The position numbers and the translations under genes are program-made. A stretch of DNA of 52,325 nucleotides from Octopus sinensis (Eukaryota), in NCBI RefSeq assembly GCF_006345805.1, contig NW_021836846.1:1-52325 (forward strand). Direction: 5' to 3'. The notes beneath the pieces were generated by a model. It ran no database searches, was not told the origin of the DNA, and saw nothing but the letters and a program-made list of their open reading frames with translations. This document shows, one piece after another, positions 36,060 through 47,455 of the stretch (its first letter is position 1; every line of letters begins with the position of its first letter).

Positions 36060-36560
36060 GATGGGGTGGCCATATTGTTCGAATGGCAGATGTTTTGTGG
36101 TGAGCTTGCAGAGGGGAAACGCTAACGGCGTAAACCTAAAAGATGGTTTAAGGACGGCATAAGGAGTACTATGAAGTCCAGAAGATATAGAAACCCTTGC
36201 TTCGGATCGAGTTGGAGTGAAAGGATTGAAGAGGCCAGGATAACATAAGTAAGACTCAAAAGAGATCTAAGGAAGAATGTAACGATCGAGAAGGTGAATG
36301 ACAATGACCGTTTTGTGCGCACAGTCTGTGACAGACCATGCCTGTATTTTGCTGGCCTCAAATCTCATCTGCGAATGCATGGAAGACGAGCGTCCACCAA
36401 CTATTCTGCCTATGTCTGTGCACACATTTCAATGCAGTGTATGCCAGAAGGTTTGAAAATCCAGCGGAGGCCTCAAGAGACATTTTAAGATCCACAAAGA
36501 ACAGAACTTATCTGCAACTCTTGCTGGTCCAAATCGGAGGTGCAATCTATGTGGGTGTCT
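36060..36560 (+). mobile_element. RTE-clade LINE remnant
   Basis: WGGHIVRM...GELAEGKR*RRKPKRWFKD and TVCDRPCLYFAGLKSHLRMH. Confidence 0.8.
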
Positions 36561-36811
36561 TTTCAGAACATTGTCTGGTTTAAAAAAGCCACAGCAGATG
36601 CCATGATGGTGCTAAGGTGTAGGTACAGGAGGTGGTCAAACTCTGCATAAGGAATAGAAAACCACCATATATGTGATATATATATATATATAAGATATAT
36701 ATATATATATATATATTATCATTATTAAAATCTTAGGTTGTAGCAAGAATATTCATCGAAAAATTCTTAGTTACCAGTGGTCTAGCGAGAAAGAAAAATT
36801 AGTCAATAGAC

Positions 36812-37097
36812 TATATATTATTCAGAGAAGAATACAGTGTACGTTCAAACACAAAAGAGATAGCCGAAGAATAGGATATCTGACTCGCTAGAAAGAGCAG
36901 TTAAAAATCCAAGCCACCAATTGTTGTAATTCCGAAAGCGATTGAGGCAAACGTTTTTATTTTTCAGTCACTTTCGGAATTACAACAATTGGTGGCTTGG
37001 AGTTTTAACTGCTCTTTCTAGCGAGTCAGATATCCTATTCTTCGGCTATCTCTTTTGTGTTTGAACGTACACTATATTCTTCTCTGAATAATATATA
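36812..37097. repeat. Fold-back (about 134-bp arms, about 4 mismatches, short loop)
   Basis: 36812-36945 is the inverse of 36964-37097. Confidence 0.9.
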
Positions 37098-37149
37098 TAT
37101 ATATTATATGGACTCTCCCATTGTTAGACGATGTATGAGGGTTTGACAA

Positions 37150-37385
37150 TTTCTTACTGAACAAACACACAGATGATCTGTTTATAGTGATCAAATGTTT
37201 GTGTAGACATAATCTCACTCCCTCCATCAAATCGACACTGCCTGTACAGGTGCCACATGTCAGATGCCGAAATGATCGCAGAGCAACAATGAATGAAGTG
37301 CTTTGCTCAAGAACACAACACAACGCCCGGTCTGGGAATCGAACCCACGATCTCGCAATCTCGAGTGCAACGTCTTAACTATGAA
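37150..37385 (-). mobile_element. SINE (family D-type head)
   Basis: gtgctttgctcaagaacacaacacaacgcccggtctgggaatcgaacccacgatc. Confidence 0.75.
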
Positions 37386-37433
37386 CATCAAGTAAATTGC
37401 ACAACGCGGTTCTGGCCTATCCATGCATTTCAG

Positions 37434-37702
37434 CTCATTCGAACGACGACTACATGTTGTACGAAGAGGCGTTTCGGGTTTCAGAGTATAAAACTGAACC
37501 TTGCCCACTACCCATATTAGATTCAATGATGCAGACAACACAACGGAGACATCAAATTACTGAACAGGAATGTCCGAAGCGGAGAAGAATCTATAAGCGA
37601 TCTGTTTCGATGTATGCAGAAACTAAGCAGGAATTTCGAAAAGTAGAGTATTTCTATAACAGTCCTTGCGCTGGCAATTTGAAGTGTGCACAAGATAGAT
37701 AG
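37434..37702 (+). CDS. Candidate coding exon of an unknown protein (HSNDDYMLYEEAF...CAQDR*)
   Basis: Acceptor catgcatttCAG| at 37433; only one + frame stays open; non-repetitive with balanced composition; donor AAG|GTATGT at 37725, 23 nt after the stop. No homolog recognised. Confidence 0.4.
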
Positions 37703-37933
37703 TTTTGAATAGTTTGAAAATCAAGGTATGTCGGTTTCTATAAAATCAACTAATATACAATTTAGTTCGCATTTGCAAACAATTACAACTAACTATAAGC
37801 AATTAGTCTCTTCATGGAAAGAAGATAAAACTACTTTCTCTGATGAGGGTACATAAAAACTAGAGACTAGCTGGTTTCATCCAGTCAGAGAGGGAAACTC
37901 CCTTGTGTATAAAATTTGTTTATTTTTTATAAA

Positions 37934-37971
<38 letters not shown>

Positions 37972-37999
37972 TAGTATGTATGTGTATATATATATAAAG

Positions 38000-38117
38000 T
38001 TAATCCAAACAAGAAAACACAGAAAAAAAGAAAAAAAGAGAGAAAAAACACAGCAACGCAGGACGTGGAACAATTAAAGTATTATTGACGCTCAGGAAAG
38101 AAGGTAAGGATATATAT

Positions 38118-38157
<40 letters not shown>

Positions 38158-38270
38158 TTGACTGATAACTCTCCAAAATTTTTTATTCTCTCTCTGTTTA
38201 TTCCCTCGTGTTCTTTTCTGTTGAAGAGCGTAGACTCGAAACGTAAAAGACTTTCTCACCTCCCCGTTTC
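38000..38270. mobile_element. Penelope-like pseudo-LTR fragments with a minimal HHR-like motif (38214-38250, +)
   Basis: ttttCTGTTGAagagcgtagactcGAAACGTAaaaga; family shared with 28581-28862. Confidence 0.5.
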
Positions 38271-38274
38271 ACCT

Positions 38275-38315
<41 letters not shown>

Positions 38316-38694
38316 TATATAGAGAGAGAGAGAGAGAGAGAGATAAATAGATATAAGTATGTATATGTATATATGTATATGAGCATGCATCTATGTGAAT
38401 GTTGTGTGGGTGCGTGGCGGGGGAGAGAGAGATTACTTTTCTTGACATGTTGATTATATGTCTGCATCTCTATCCAACGAGCCAGCTCACCTATTGGTAT
38501 ATTATACCATCTATTTATTGCACACGTGTACGCGTGTATGTCTGCGAGTATGTGTATGTGTGTGGGTGCGCATGGTTTTAAAATTTTCTATTTCCGGATA
38601 TTTCTATTTGAATAACTTTCCCCAGATGTTGTCTACTGGAATATCCAAACATCTATCAAGAGACACTTTCTTATTTAGTTCAGTTTCTCTTTGC

Positions 38695-38749
<55 letters not shown>

Positions 38750-38853
38750 TGATGGTAACAACAACAACAAGAATAATATTCTTTAATTCATTTGCCACAA
38801 AGAGGTTGTGATAATACATACACAAACTCTCTCTCTCTCTCTCCCTCTCTCTC

Positions 38854-38914
<61 letters not shown>

Positions 38915-38992
38915 GATTCATGTATATGTATATATATATATATTTATTCATACGCGCACACACACGCACATACACACACACACACATACACA

Positions 38993-39400
38993 CGCGCGCG
39001 CGCGCGAGTGAGTGGACGAACGAAAGAAAATGTCACTAAATATATTTAGTTGGAGTTACAGTTTGACTCAGCCCCATTGGCCCTACAGTTTTGTTGGCGC
39101 GTAGAACGCGTCCATCTCGTCAGATGCGCGGAGAAGAGTGAGATATTTAAAACGAATTCAAGATGGCTCCTGTTGTACGAAGCGTAGTTACGTCAAGTGA
39201 CGTGGTATTAACGCTGTGAAAACGACACCAGTTATTTTCTTATTTTTATATTTTTCAAGCCCACATGTTCTAACAGGATGTTGACACAGTGATGGTGGCA
39301 CTTTGGCGGCATGTTGCAGGATATTATAAACAAGTGACATTAGTCCCATGTATTGGGTACGGCACGTAGTAGAGTGGCATGCTGGTGCGAGTACGTAGCT
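38993..39400. promoter_or_regulatory. CpG-rich segment beside (CA)n-(CG)7; possible promoter/enhancer
   Basis: (CG)7 at 38993-39006; TATTTAAAA at 39144; AAGATGGC at 39160; TTACGTCA and TGACGT CRE-like sites at about 39188-39203. Confidence 0.25.
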
Positions 39401-39571
39401 CAGTTGTCCTTTAGTCGTTAATACATTAGTGCAAACAAACTTTACTTGGGATAAACCGAATTTTATGATATTGGGTTACTATTGAGGTTGGACGGCCAGC
39501 ATGACTAGGCTGTAATGTAAATATAGGCAGCACGGATTAAATAACCTACCCTTGTTGAGGGACGGCTAGGC

Positions 39572-40090
39572 CTAGAGTAGTATATATGTATTGTCAGATC
39601 CCAATGGCTTAAACTTCATTAAAATGACATACCTTAGGTGGTAACAATAAAAGGGCTCTTTCTTTCTGTTGATGGATACTACAGATTGCTGAAGTATGTG
39701 AAGTCTCCCTGGGAGACATAGTCGGCAACTGTGAGTTGCAGGTGAGTATGGAGGTGCTCTGACAATGACACTCCTTTTGATGCTGGGGAGATCATTTAGA
39801 GGATCATGGAATCTCCAGATGGACCGAGAGGAGGTGGATTTTCCCCTGTCTTTGTACCTGAAGGAGAGCATGAGCTGTGTATAGCTTCCCTTAAAATCAT
39901 TGACTGTTATGCCATTTGATGGTGTAAAGATGTCTCTGTAGACTACAACTTTTGAGTGGGTGAATCCTCCCAATGGATATTTGGTAAAACTGTAGAAGTT
40001 ACATGCTGGGATATGGAGTTGGAAGCTATGTATGTGTGTGTGTTTTCATCTCTTGTAGCGTGCAATGTCTGAAGCAACGCTATATGAGGA
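39572..40090 (-). mobile_element. Penelope-like element GIY-YIG endonuclease remnant
   Basis: FKGSYTQLMLSFRYKDRGKSTSSRSIW...IVRAPPYSPATHSCRLCLPGRLHIL...NRKKE resembles the PLE FK.RY..H..SF...ST.LS..IW...A..Y......C.LCL.EK..I...LN...E pattern. Confidence 0.75.
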
Positions 40091-40118
40091 GTAACTGATG
40101 ATGTAAAGGTAAATTTAT

Positions 40119-40149
<31 letters not shown>

Positions 40150-40391
40150 CACACACACACACACACACATATATATATTATATATAATATATATATATCT
40201 ATATAATTATATATATATATATCTATATATATAACAATAATGGTATTTTCATTTAAGCTTAAAGCTTATAGCGATCACCGTGCAATGACTAAAGAAAATA
40301 GTCAAACAAAGGGGCATATAAGCCCTCAACAGAAAAAAGAAGGCTTCTTTTATATATTATATATATATATATATATAATTAGTTTTGAATG

Positions 40392-40688
40392 TCATTCTCT
40401 TTTAATGCCTTGTTAATTAACATACTCACCGGTTCAATTTCCACTAATTCGCTTATTTGTTTATTTATTTATTTCACTACTTGTTGACACTCTCCGTTAT
40501 CAGAGCTGCGTTCTTTTTTCTTTTTTCCCATTTTTCTTTTTACAGCTCCGATAACGGACAGAGCCAACAACTATTGAAGGGGTTATAGGAAGCAACGAAA
40601 AATTTGGAAGAAAAATAAATAGATAAGTCAATGAGTAGACATTGAACCAGTGAGTGTGTTAATTGATAAGGCATTAAAACAGAATGAC
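40392..40688. repeat. Degenerate fold-back
   Basis: About 40392-40465 is the inverse of about 40612-40688; about 40483-40508 is the inverse of about 40542-40568. Confidence 0.75.
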
Positions 40689-40993
40689 TCTCCCCTGCCA
40701 CAATAATGTGTATGTGTTTGTGTGTATAATTTAATAAACATAGTATATATTTTTATGAGCTACTAATAGTTTCATGCGATGAAAGCAACCCAGGCAGCGT
40801 CTTATAACATACCTGGTGCCTTCATGCAATCCTCGTGACAGAATAAGAGAAAATACGAGAAACCTTTTACAGCTGCTGTGTTAAGAAGCTTGCTTTGCTA
40901 CCACCTGATTCCACGCTCAGTCCCATTGCGTGACATCCTGGGCAATTATCTTCACCTATAGATCTATAAATTCCTATAAATTCCTTTTATAGA

Positions 40994-41861
40994 TAGGTGG
41001 TCTGATCAATATGTATCCGGACTGTTGCCATAGCATCGAGGCTAAGGCACGCAGAGTGAAGTCGCTTGGCACAGAGTGACTTAACCTCTGTTGTGCATAT
41101 ATACTAAGTTTTAACGTCATAGCTCACTTCCTTTGTTTACAACAATGCTCGGAAGAAAGGTGTGTAGCATGTAATCGTCGCATTGACTATGTTACAGAAC
41201 GTTGAGCAGAGAATCTGCGTCAAACTTTTGCTAAAGGCTTGGTGGTACCTGTTCAGAGGCCTATGCAAAGTTTTCAAAATGTTTTCATCGTTCTCGACAC
41301 AATCAAGGAGAACTTGTGCAACTGAAACCCGAGTGTATTTTTGGTCTGCTGAAAGCAGTTTTTGCATAAACTTGGCAGACGCGTGTCTCATGCCCAAATC
41401 GTCAGTAATAATGGCCGTAACTGAACCGTAACTAATCTGCACATCTTTGATAACTCACGGATGGGGATTCGACGTTTTCCCCTCACAACTGCACGCACAA
41501 CTGCGATGTCTTTCTCAGTTCTGCAGGTTGCAAGCCTCCCAGAACGTTCGTCCAATATTGACATTTTTTCTACCATCTTGGAAACGTCTGAACCACTCGT
41601 ACACTTGTGTGTGGCTCATACACTCTTCTCCATACACTCTCTGCAATGACAAATTTCTCTGCCATGGTCAATGCAACGATCACACGCTACATACCTTCCT
41701 TCCAAGCACTGCTGTAAACAGCGGAAGGGAGCTAGAACATTAAAACTTAATGCGCATACACAGCACAGTCCAGAGTCAATCTATGCCAAGCGGCTTCGCT
41801 CTACGTGCTTTAGCTTCGTTACTATAGCGATAGTCCGTATACTTATTGATCAGACCATGTA
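40994..41861. mobile_element. Non-autonomous mariner built from two facing 5' ends
   Basis: Inverted termini tggtctgatcaata.gtat.cggact; + MLQNVEQRIC from 41189; minus LQRVYGEECMSHTQVYEWFRRFQDG...DERSGR...ISYGSVTAIITDDLGMRHASAKF. Confidence 0.9.
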
Positions 41862-42110
41862 TATATAAAAGGCATTTCTTAGCCCTGGGCTATAAGCAGA
41901 AGATCATGAATTTAATCCCCCCTCAGTAACAACCTATATGCTACATCCTCTCTGACTCCATCTCCCGATACCGCAACAGTGTCTGCTCCTCTACGATAAC
42001 AGGGTGTATACCACCTACGATCAGGCTCCCTCTCAATCTCAAACGTACATACCAGCTTCCTTTCCATTCGACATACAAATTCGAATGAGTACTTTTACAC
42101 AATCGTTACA

Positions 42111-42182
<72 letters not shown>

Positions 42183-42353
42183 ACTACTGCTACTGCTGCT
42201 GCTGCTTCGAAACTGTAGTAGTGTACAACAATAATAGCAGCAATGATATCAAGTTTCTGTCAACAAGACATTAATATTGTTTAATGTTTAATGTTTAAGT
42301 TACACTAACTTAACACAATATTAGTCTTGTTGGTTCAACAGAAAATAGAATAA

Positions 42354-42390
<37 letters not shown>

Positions 42391-42438
42391 TACTGTCTCT
42401 CATCACTTTATATGTGTATGTATGAATGTATGCTCGTA

Positions 42439-42518
42439 GAGCTTTTAGGTGTTTTCGCCTAATAAACACTCACAACGCCCGGTCTGGGAATCGAAACCGC
42501 GATCCTACGACCGCGAAC
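42439..42518 (-). mobile_element. SINE family A head
   Basis: aggtgttttcgcctaataaacactcacaacgcccggtctgggaatcgaaaccgcgatcctacgaccgcg. Confidence 0.85.
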
Positions 42519-42655
42519 AAATCCACTGTGCTTCCGCTATAAATATAACTAAATAAATAAATAGATAAATCTATATTAATAGTAATGGTAAGACAACAAA
42601 AGAATGAATGAGACCTCGATAATATGTAAATAGAGGAATTTAGCTGTATATACAG

Positions 42656-42713
<58 letters not shown>

Positions 42714-42929
42714 TATATATATATATAATAAAAAATACTGGGAGGATGAGAAACGGAACGAAGCGAAGAATCGAACGAACCCAACGCGAAGCGCTGTCAG
42801 ACAATGGTGTCCTGTACTTACGTATATATATTTATGTATGCATGTATATATACATGTAGATGTAGATACGTACATATATGTTTGTATGTATGCATATATT
42901 TTATTTATTACACTTATATATATATATAT

Positions 42930-42963
<34 letters not shown>

Positions 42964-43457
42964 CTATATATAACATATATATATATAATGTGTGTGTGGT
43001 GTGTTATGTAATGTATGTATATATATATAAATATATAGATAAATTAGATATAGATATCTTGTGCTTGTTTGTGTCTGTGATAGTATGTGTATATGTTTGC
43101 TACATGGGATAAGGGCAGTAACAGCATTGCAGAATACTAAACTATATTAGTGAAAAGAAAAAAAATGATATAAGTGGACAAAAGTTTTGAACGTTTGATT
43201 GTCCTAACAATAGAGAATACAGACCCTAAATTTACCCGCGCAAACGCATATACGTGCACACACATACTCATGGACTTATACGCACAATTATGTGTGTGTG
43301 TGTGCGTGTAGAAATTTAGGTTCTGTGTATTGTATATTTGCGAACACAGCCATCCGCTCATGTACCTCGACGCACGCGTGGGTACCCTCAGATACACGCC
43401 CAAGCACACACTCACAAATACATACGCACAAAATCTCTAACAATGCCCACGAGGCTA

Positions 43458-43498
<41 letters not shown>

Positions 43499-44074
43499 TC
43501 ACACAAATACACACACATATCACTCAGAGAAATTAGGTGGGCGTATTGTCGATTGAATCTACAAGCAACGTGATAATATTGTAATCGATCCCGTGGTGGT
43601 GGGGGGGGGGTGAAGGAATAACAGCAAAGTTGACCTCAGCGAGGCATTGTAATTTATGTTGTATATTCATTCCCAGGAGATCAAACGGAGTCTAAACAAT
43701 ATAACTATAGAAATAAAGCAGCAACAAAAGATACGCGGGAAAATCAGTTTTTTTATGTGGATTTGCGAAAAAGAAAATAATGAAAATATCATAGAAAGAC
43801 AATGATATATAAAGAAAGATAAACTTCGACCCCACTCGAAAAATCTCCGTTTCAGACAGAGAAACTAAAACTGAAAAACGACAACTTGAACGAAAGAGAA
43901 AAGGCTTTCATAATACCACTCCAGTCTGGTACATCGAGACTTTCTTGGGCGGGAGGTGGATTTGATAATGCCAGGCGAAAATTTGATAATTCAGAGGATA
44001 AATTGCTTTCAGTTTGAAATTTTTCTAAGAGTCGCCCTATATATATACATCATTTGCGAAGGCCACTTACTCTT

Positions 44075-44436
<362 letters not shown>

Positions 44437-44511
44437 TAATAATAATAATAATAATAATAATATAATAATAATAATAAATAATAATAATAATAACAACAAC
44501 AATAATAATAA

Positions 44512-44680
44512 CATCGAGAAATACCTTAGAGATGAGAACCCAGGTTCGAAACTTCCCTAAGACACCTGATGAAAGCTGGAGGGTGTATCAGCCGAAACAT
44601 TGTGTTAACAACAAACAAGATGAGGACAAATATTCGTCAAATGTAAATAATATAAATAATCTACATAATTCTTCATTTCT
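44512..44680 (+). mobile_element. Penelope-like pseudo-LTR after (AAT)n, with minimal HHR at 44562-44605
   Basis: ACAC-CTGATGA-a-aGCTG-gagggtgtat-CAGCc-GAAA-CA-TT-GTGT. Confidence 0.7.
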
Positions 44681-44789
44681 TAAATATAGAACTGTATCAT
44701 ATGTTTTGTTTTTGTTTCCTTGGGCCGTATGTCACATCCAGTTTCCATGGATCATGACATTCCTCTAAACGGGGCATCGGTTTGTTGCA

Positions 44790-44990
44790 GAGACCGGAAA
44801 TTCTGAAGGGAAGAGATAAATCGGTTATACCTACTCCAATACTCGATCGGTACTTTATTTCATCGGCCCTGAAAGGATGGAAGGCAAATTTGACCACGGT
44901 AGATTTCAGCTTAAAACTCAAAATGCTGGGGAAATGAAATAGATGAAAGGACGTTACAAAGCATTTTGTCGGACATGTTAATTATTCTGC
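44790..44990 (-). mobile_element. SINE family B, diverged
   Basis: tcggtactttatttcatcggccctgaaaggatggaaggcaaatttgacc. Confidence 0.7.
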
Positions 44991-44999
44991 CGGCTTTAC

Positions 45000-45700
45000 T
45001 GTCCAACAATATCATATATTACATAAGATATGAAATTATTTCGGTTGTAGGGTGTCATAATGATCGAGGATTACAAAACAATGATTTTGTTAACAGAATC
45101 AAGATGACGTCCAAGATTATTTTCAAGGCTTCTGTGACTGGCTGCACGACCCGAAGAAGTTCTTGTGAGGACAGAGAATTGACCCTAATGCTTCCAGCTG
45201 AGCACAGACTTCCTAAAGGCACCCGAACATCCGATGTTGGTGTTGAAATGAGTAACGGATTCGGCTTATTACCCAGAATGATTGACTGACCTTAAGTATA
45301 TTTCTAAAATCAACAGGTAACTCTCTCAGCCCAGGTTTACTCAACTTACCTGTCTCTCCTAAGTTTCCATTCACACGAGCAAAGAGTAAGACAGTAATAC
45401 TAAACGAAACACTCTCCCCACCACCAGTCCTTATTCCCCAGATGCCTCTTTTGTTATCCCCCCCCCCGCTAAAGATATTGACATAGATATTTAACCTGAA
45501 TAACATCAACTTCATTCCCATCAGTCAACGAATCTCTCCTACATTGGTTATCTAACTGAAAACAAACCCTGCCTTGGTGGATTTCGACACTTTCTTGTTT
45601 TACTTGCGTCCATCTGGGATGTGTTAAACAGAAGCTTATTACATCGTCACTCACATATTCATGTATCTAAGCTATTTTTTGCATAATCATGTTCTTCCGT
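45000..45700 (-). mobile_element. Possible old RLE-type (R2/NeSL-like) RT remnant
   Basis: Minus frames DGNEVDVIQVKYL and LRELPVDFRNILKVSQSFWVISRIRYSFQH loosely resemble RT domain 7 and thumb; heavily decayed. Confidence 0.35.
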
Positions 45701-46037
45701 TGTAGCTTAATCAGCTACATTTTCTCAGCATCCGCTCTTGTGATATTGGCCTCTTATGTCGGTTATAAATTTATCTGTCCTTTTATTCTCAAAATGTAAA
45801 CTATCAACAGCAATATATAAACTAGTCTAGTTTTTTAATTTGTGTGTGTGTGTGTGTGTGTGTATTTCCACATCCCTACCGAAAGATGAATAATTATTTC
45901 CCCTGTCCAAAATAATAACGATAACCAATTACCTCTCTTTAGATTTTTTTGCTTGTTGAATACATTCATTCATAAACTCCACACACATGATGGACAATTT
46001 TTTTTCTTAAGAAAATACGTATTTAACTAAATTTTTA

Positions 46038-46070
46038 TGTCATGATTAACGAAAGCGAAACCGGTCGACA
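46038..46070 (+). ncRNA. Degenerate minimal type I hammerhead (Penelope-type)
   Basis: TGTC-ATGATTA-AC-GAAA-GC-GAAA-CCGG-TC-GACA: perfect 4-bp stem I, palindromic ACCGGT, GUC site; 3 substitutions (C3A, G8U, G10.1A). Confidence 0.6.
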
Positions 46071-46143
46071 AACACAATATAAGATAGGTAAGTAGATAGA
46101 GAGATAGGTAGGTAAAATAGATAATGTGGATATGGATAGATAT

Positions 46144-46190
<47 letters not shown>

Positions 46191-46277
46191 TATGTATATG
46201 GATGATAGATAATAGATAGATAGGTAAGTAGGTAGGTAGGTAGGTATGTAGGTAGATAGATTGATGGATGGATGGAT

Positions 46278-46363
<86 letters not shown>

Positions 46364-46402
46364 TAGTTAGCTAGATAGACAGACAGAAAGACAGACAGAC
46401 AT

Positions 46403-46484
<82 letters not shown>

Positions 46485-46485
<1 letters not shown>

Positions 46486-47208
46486 TGTTTCTTTATTAGC
46501 CACACAGGGCTGCACACAGACAGGACAAAATTACAAGGTAGAGCTTTTCTTTTGGTTTTCAAAAGGGATCGTAAATGGAAAGAAAGAGGACAAAAAAAGG
46601 GGGGGATAAAATAAAATAAAAAAAAAAGGGGGGGGTGGAATTGGATCAATAGGGATCGTTATTACAGAAATGTCAATATGAAGTGTAAAGGGAAGGACAG
46701 GTGAGGTTTACCTGTGGAAAAAAAGCCTACGGAAAAGACCACGGTAACCTCGGTCAATGAAGTTACATGTTATATTTCTTTTTTTTTTTTTGCAAATAAG
46801 CAACTCTCTGTATTAATTTTTACGGTTCATAGAATCATAGTCAAGGTGGCTTCGTCATTCATACGTGTCATCCTTGCTACATTCACCATCTTTTTTTTAA
46901 AACATTCACTAGACAAAACTTGCCTCTACTCTCACTTTCCTCTTCAAGTGATACTGAAGAAGTTGATGAGAGAGATTGACCAGAGAGGAAATTGTTGTCT
47001 CTAATCCTTTTAGGCGCGTCCACCAGATACATTCTTTCCGCCATAGCCACAAGTATGATAAAGCTCTTCCTTCCCGTTTGAAGGAAGGAAGCGTGACGAT
47101 ATTAACGATAGACTCGCTGATAAACCGACACGTCCCACACGTGACAGCAGTCGTTCGACATAAGCCCACAGTCGGAATTGTTGACACTGCACGATTGCGT
47201 GCAGAGCG
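46485..47208 (-). mobile_element. L1/Tx1-like LINE 3' end inserted in (GATA)n
   Basis: LHAIVQC...KECIWWTRLKGLE...YHLKRKVRVE (ORF2 C-terminus); AATAAA on minus at 46497-46492 followed by a (TATC)n tail; (GATA)n also at 47393-47457. Confidence 0.8.
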
Positions 47209-47392
47209 GTTCGTCGCTCTGCACGCAATCGTGCAGTGTCCAACAATCTCCGACCTGTGGGCTTATGTCGAACGACTGCTGTCACGTGTGGGACGTGTCG
47301 GTTTATCAGCCGAGTCTATCGTTAATATCGTCACGCTTCCTTCCTTCAAACGGGAAGGAAGAGCTATTTTTATCATACTTGTGGCTATGGCG
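47039..47392. repeat. Near-perfect palindrome (170/178-bp arms, 6-nt loop)
   Basis: 47039-47208 is the inverse of 47215-47392; the only differences are 8 nt missing from the left arm. Confidence 0.95.

Positions 47393-47455
<63 letters not shown>

Noticed and set aside
37478-37500. YKTEPC resembling the start of a CCCH (Unkempt/TTP-type) zinc finger
   Set aside because: The following Cys/His ligands are not at CCCH spacing, so no family was assigned.
37836-37900. CTGATGA hammerhead core
   Set aside because: No GAAA with a closing stem II at a suitable distance, and no stem I.
43800-44030. Minus-strand open frame EKFQTESNLSSELSNFRLALSNPPPAQESLDVPDW
   Set aside because: Weak splice signals and no recognisable domain.
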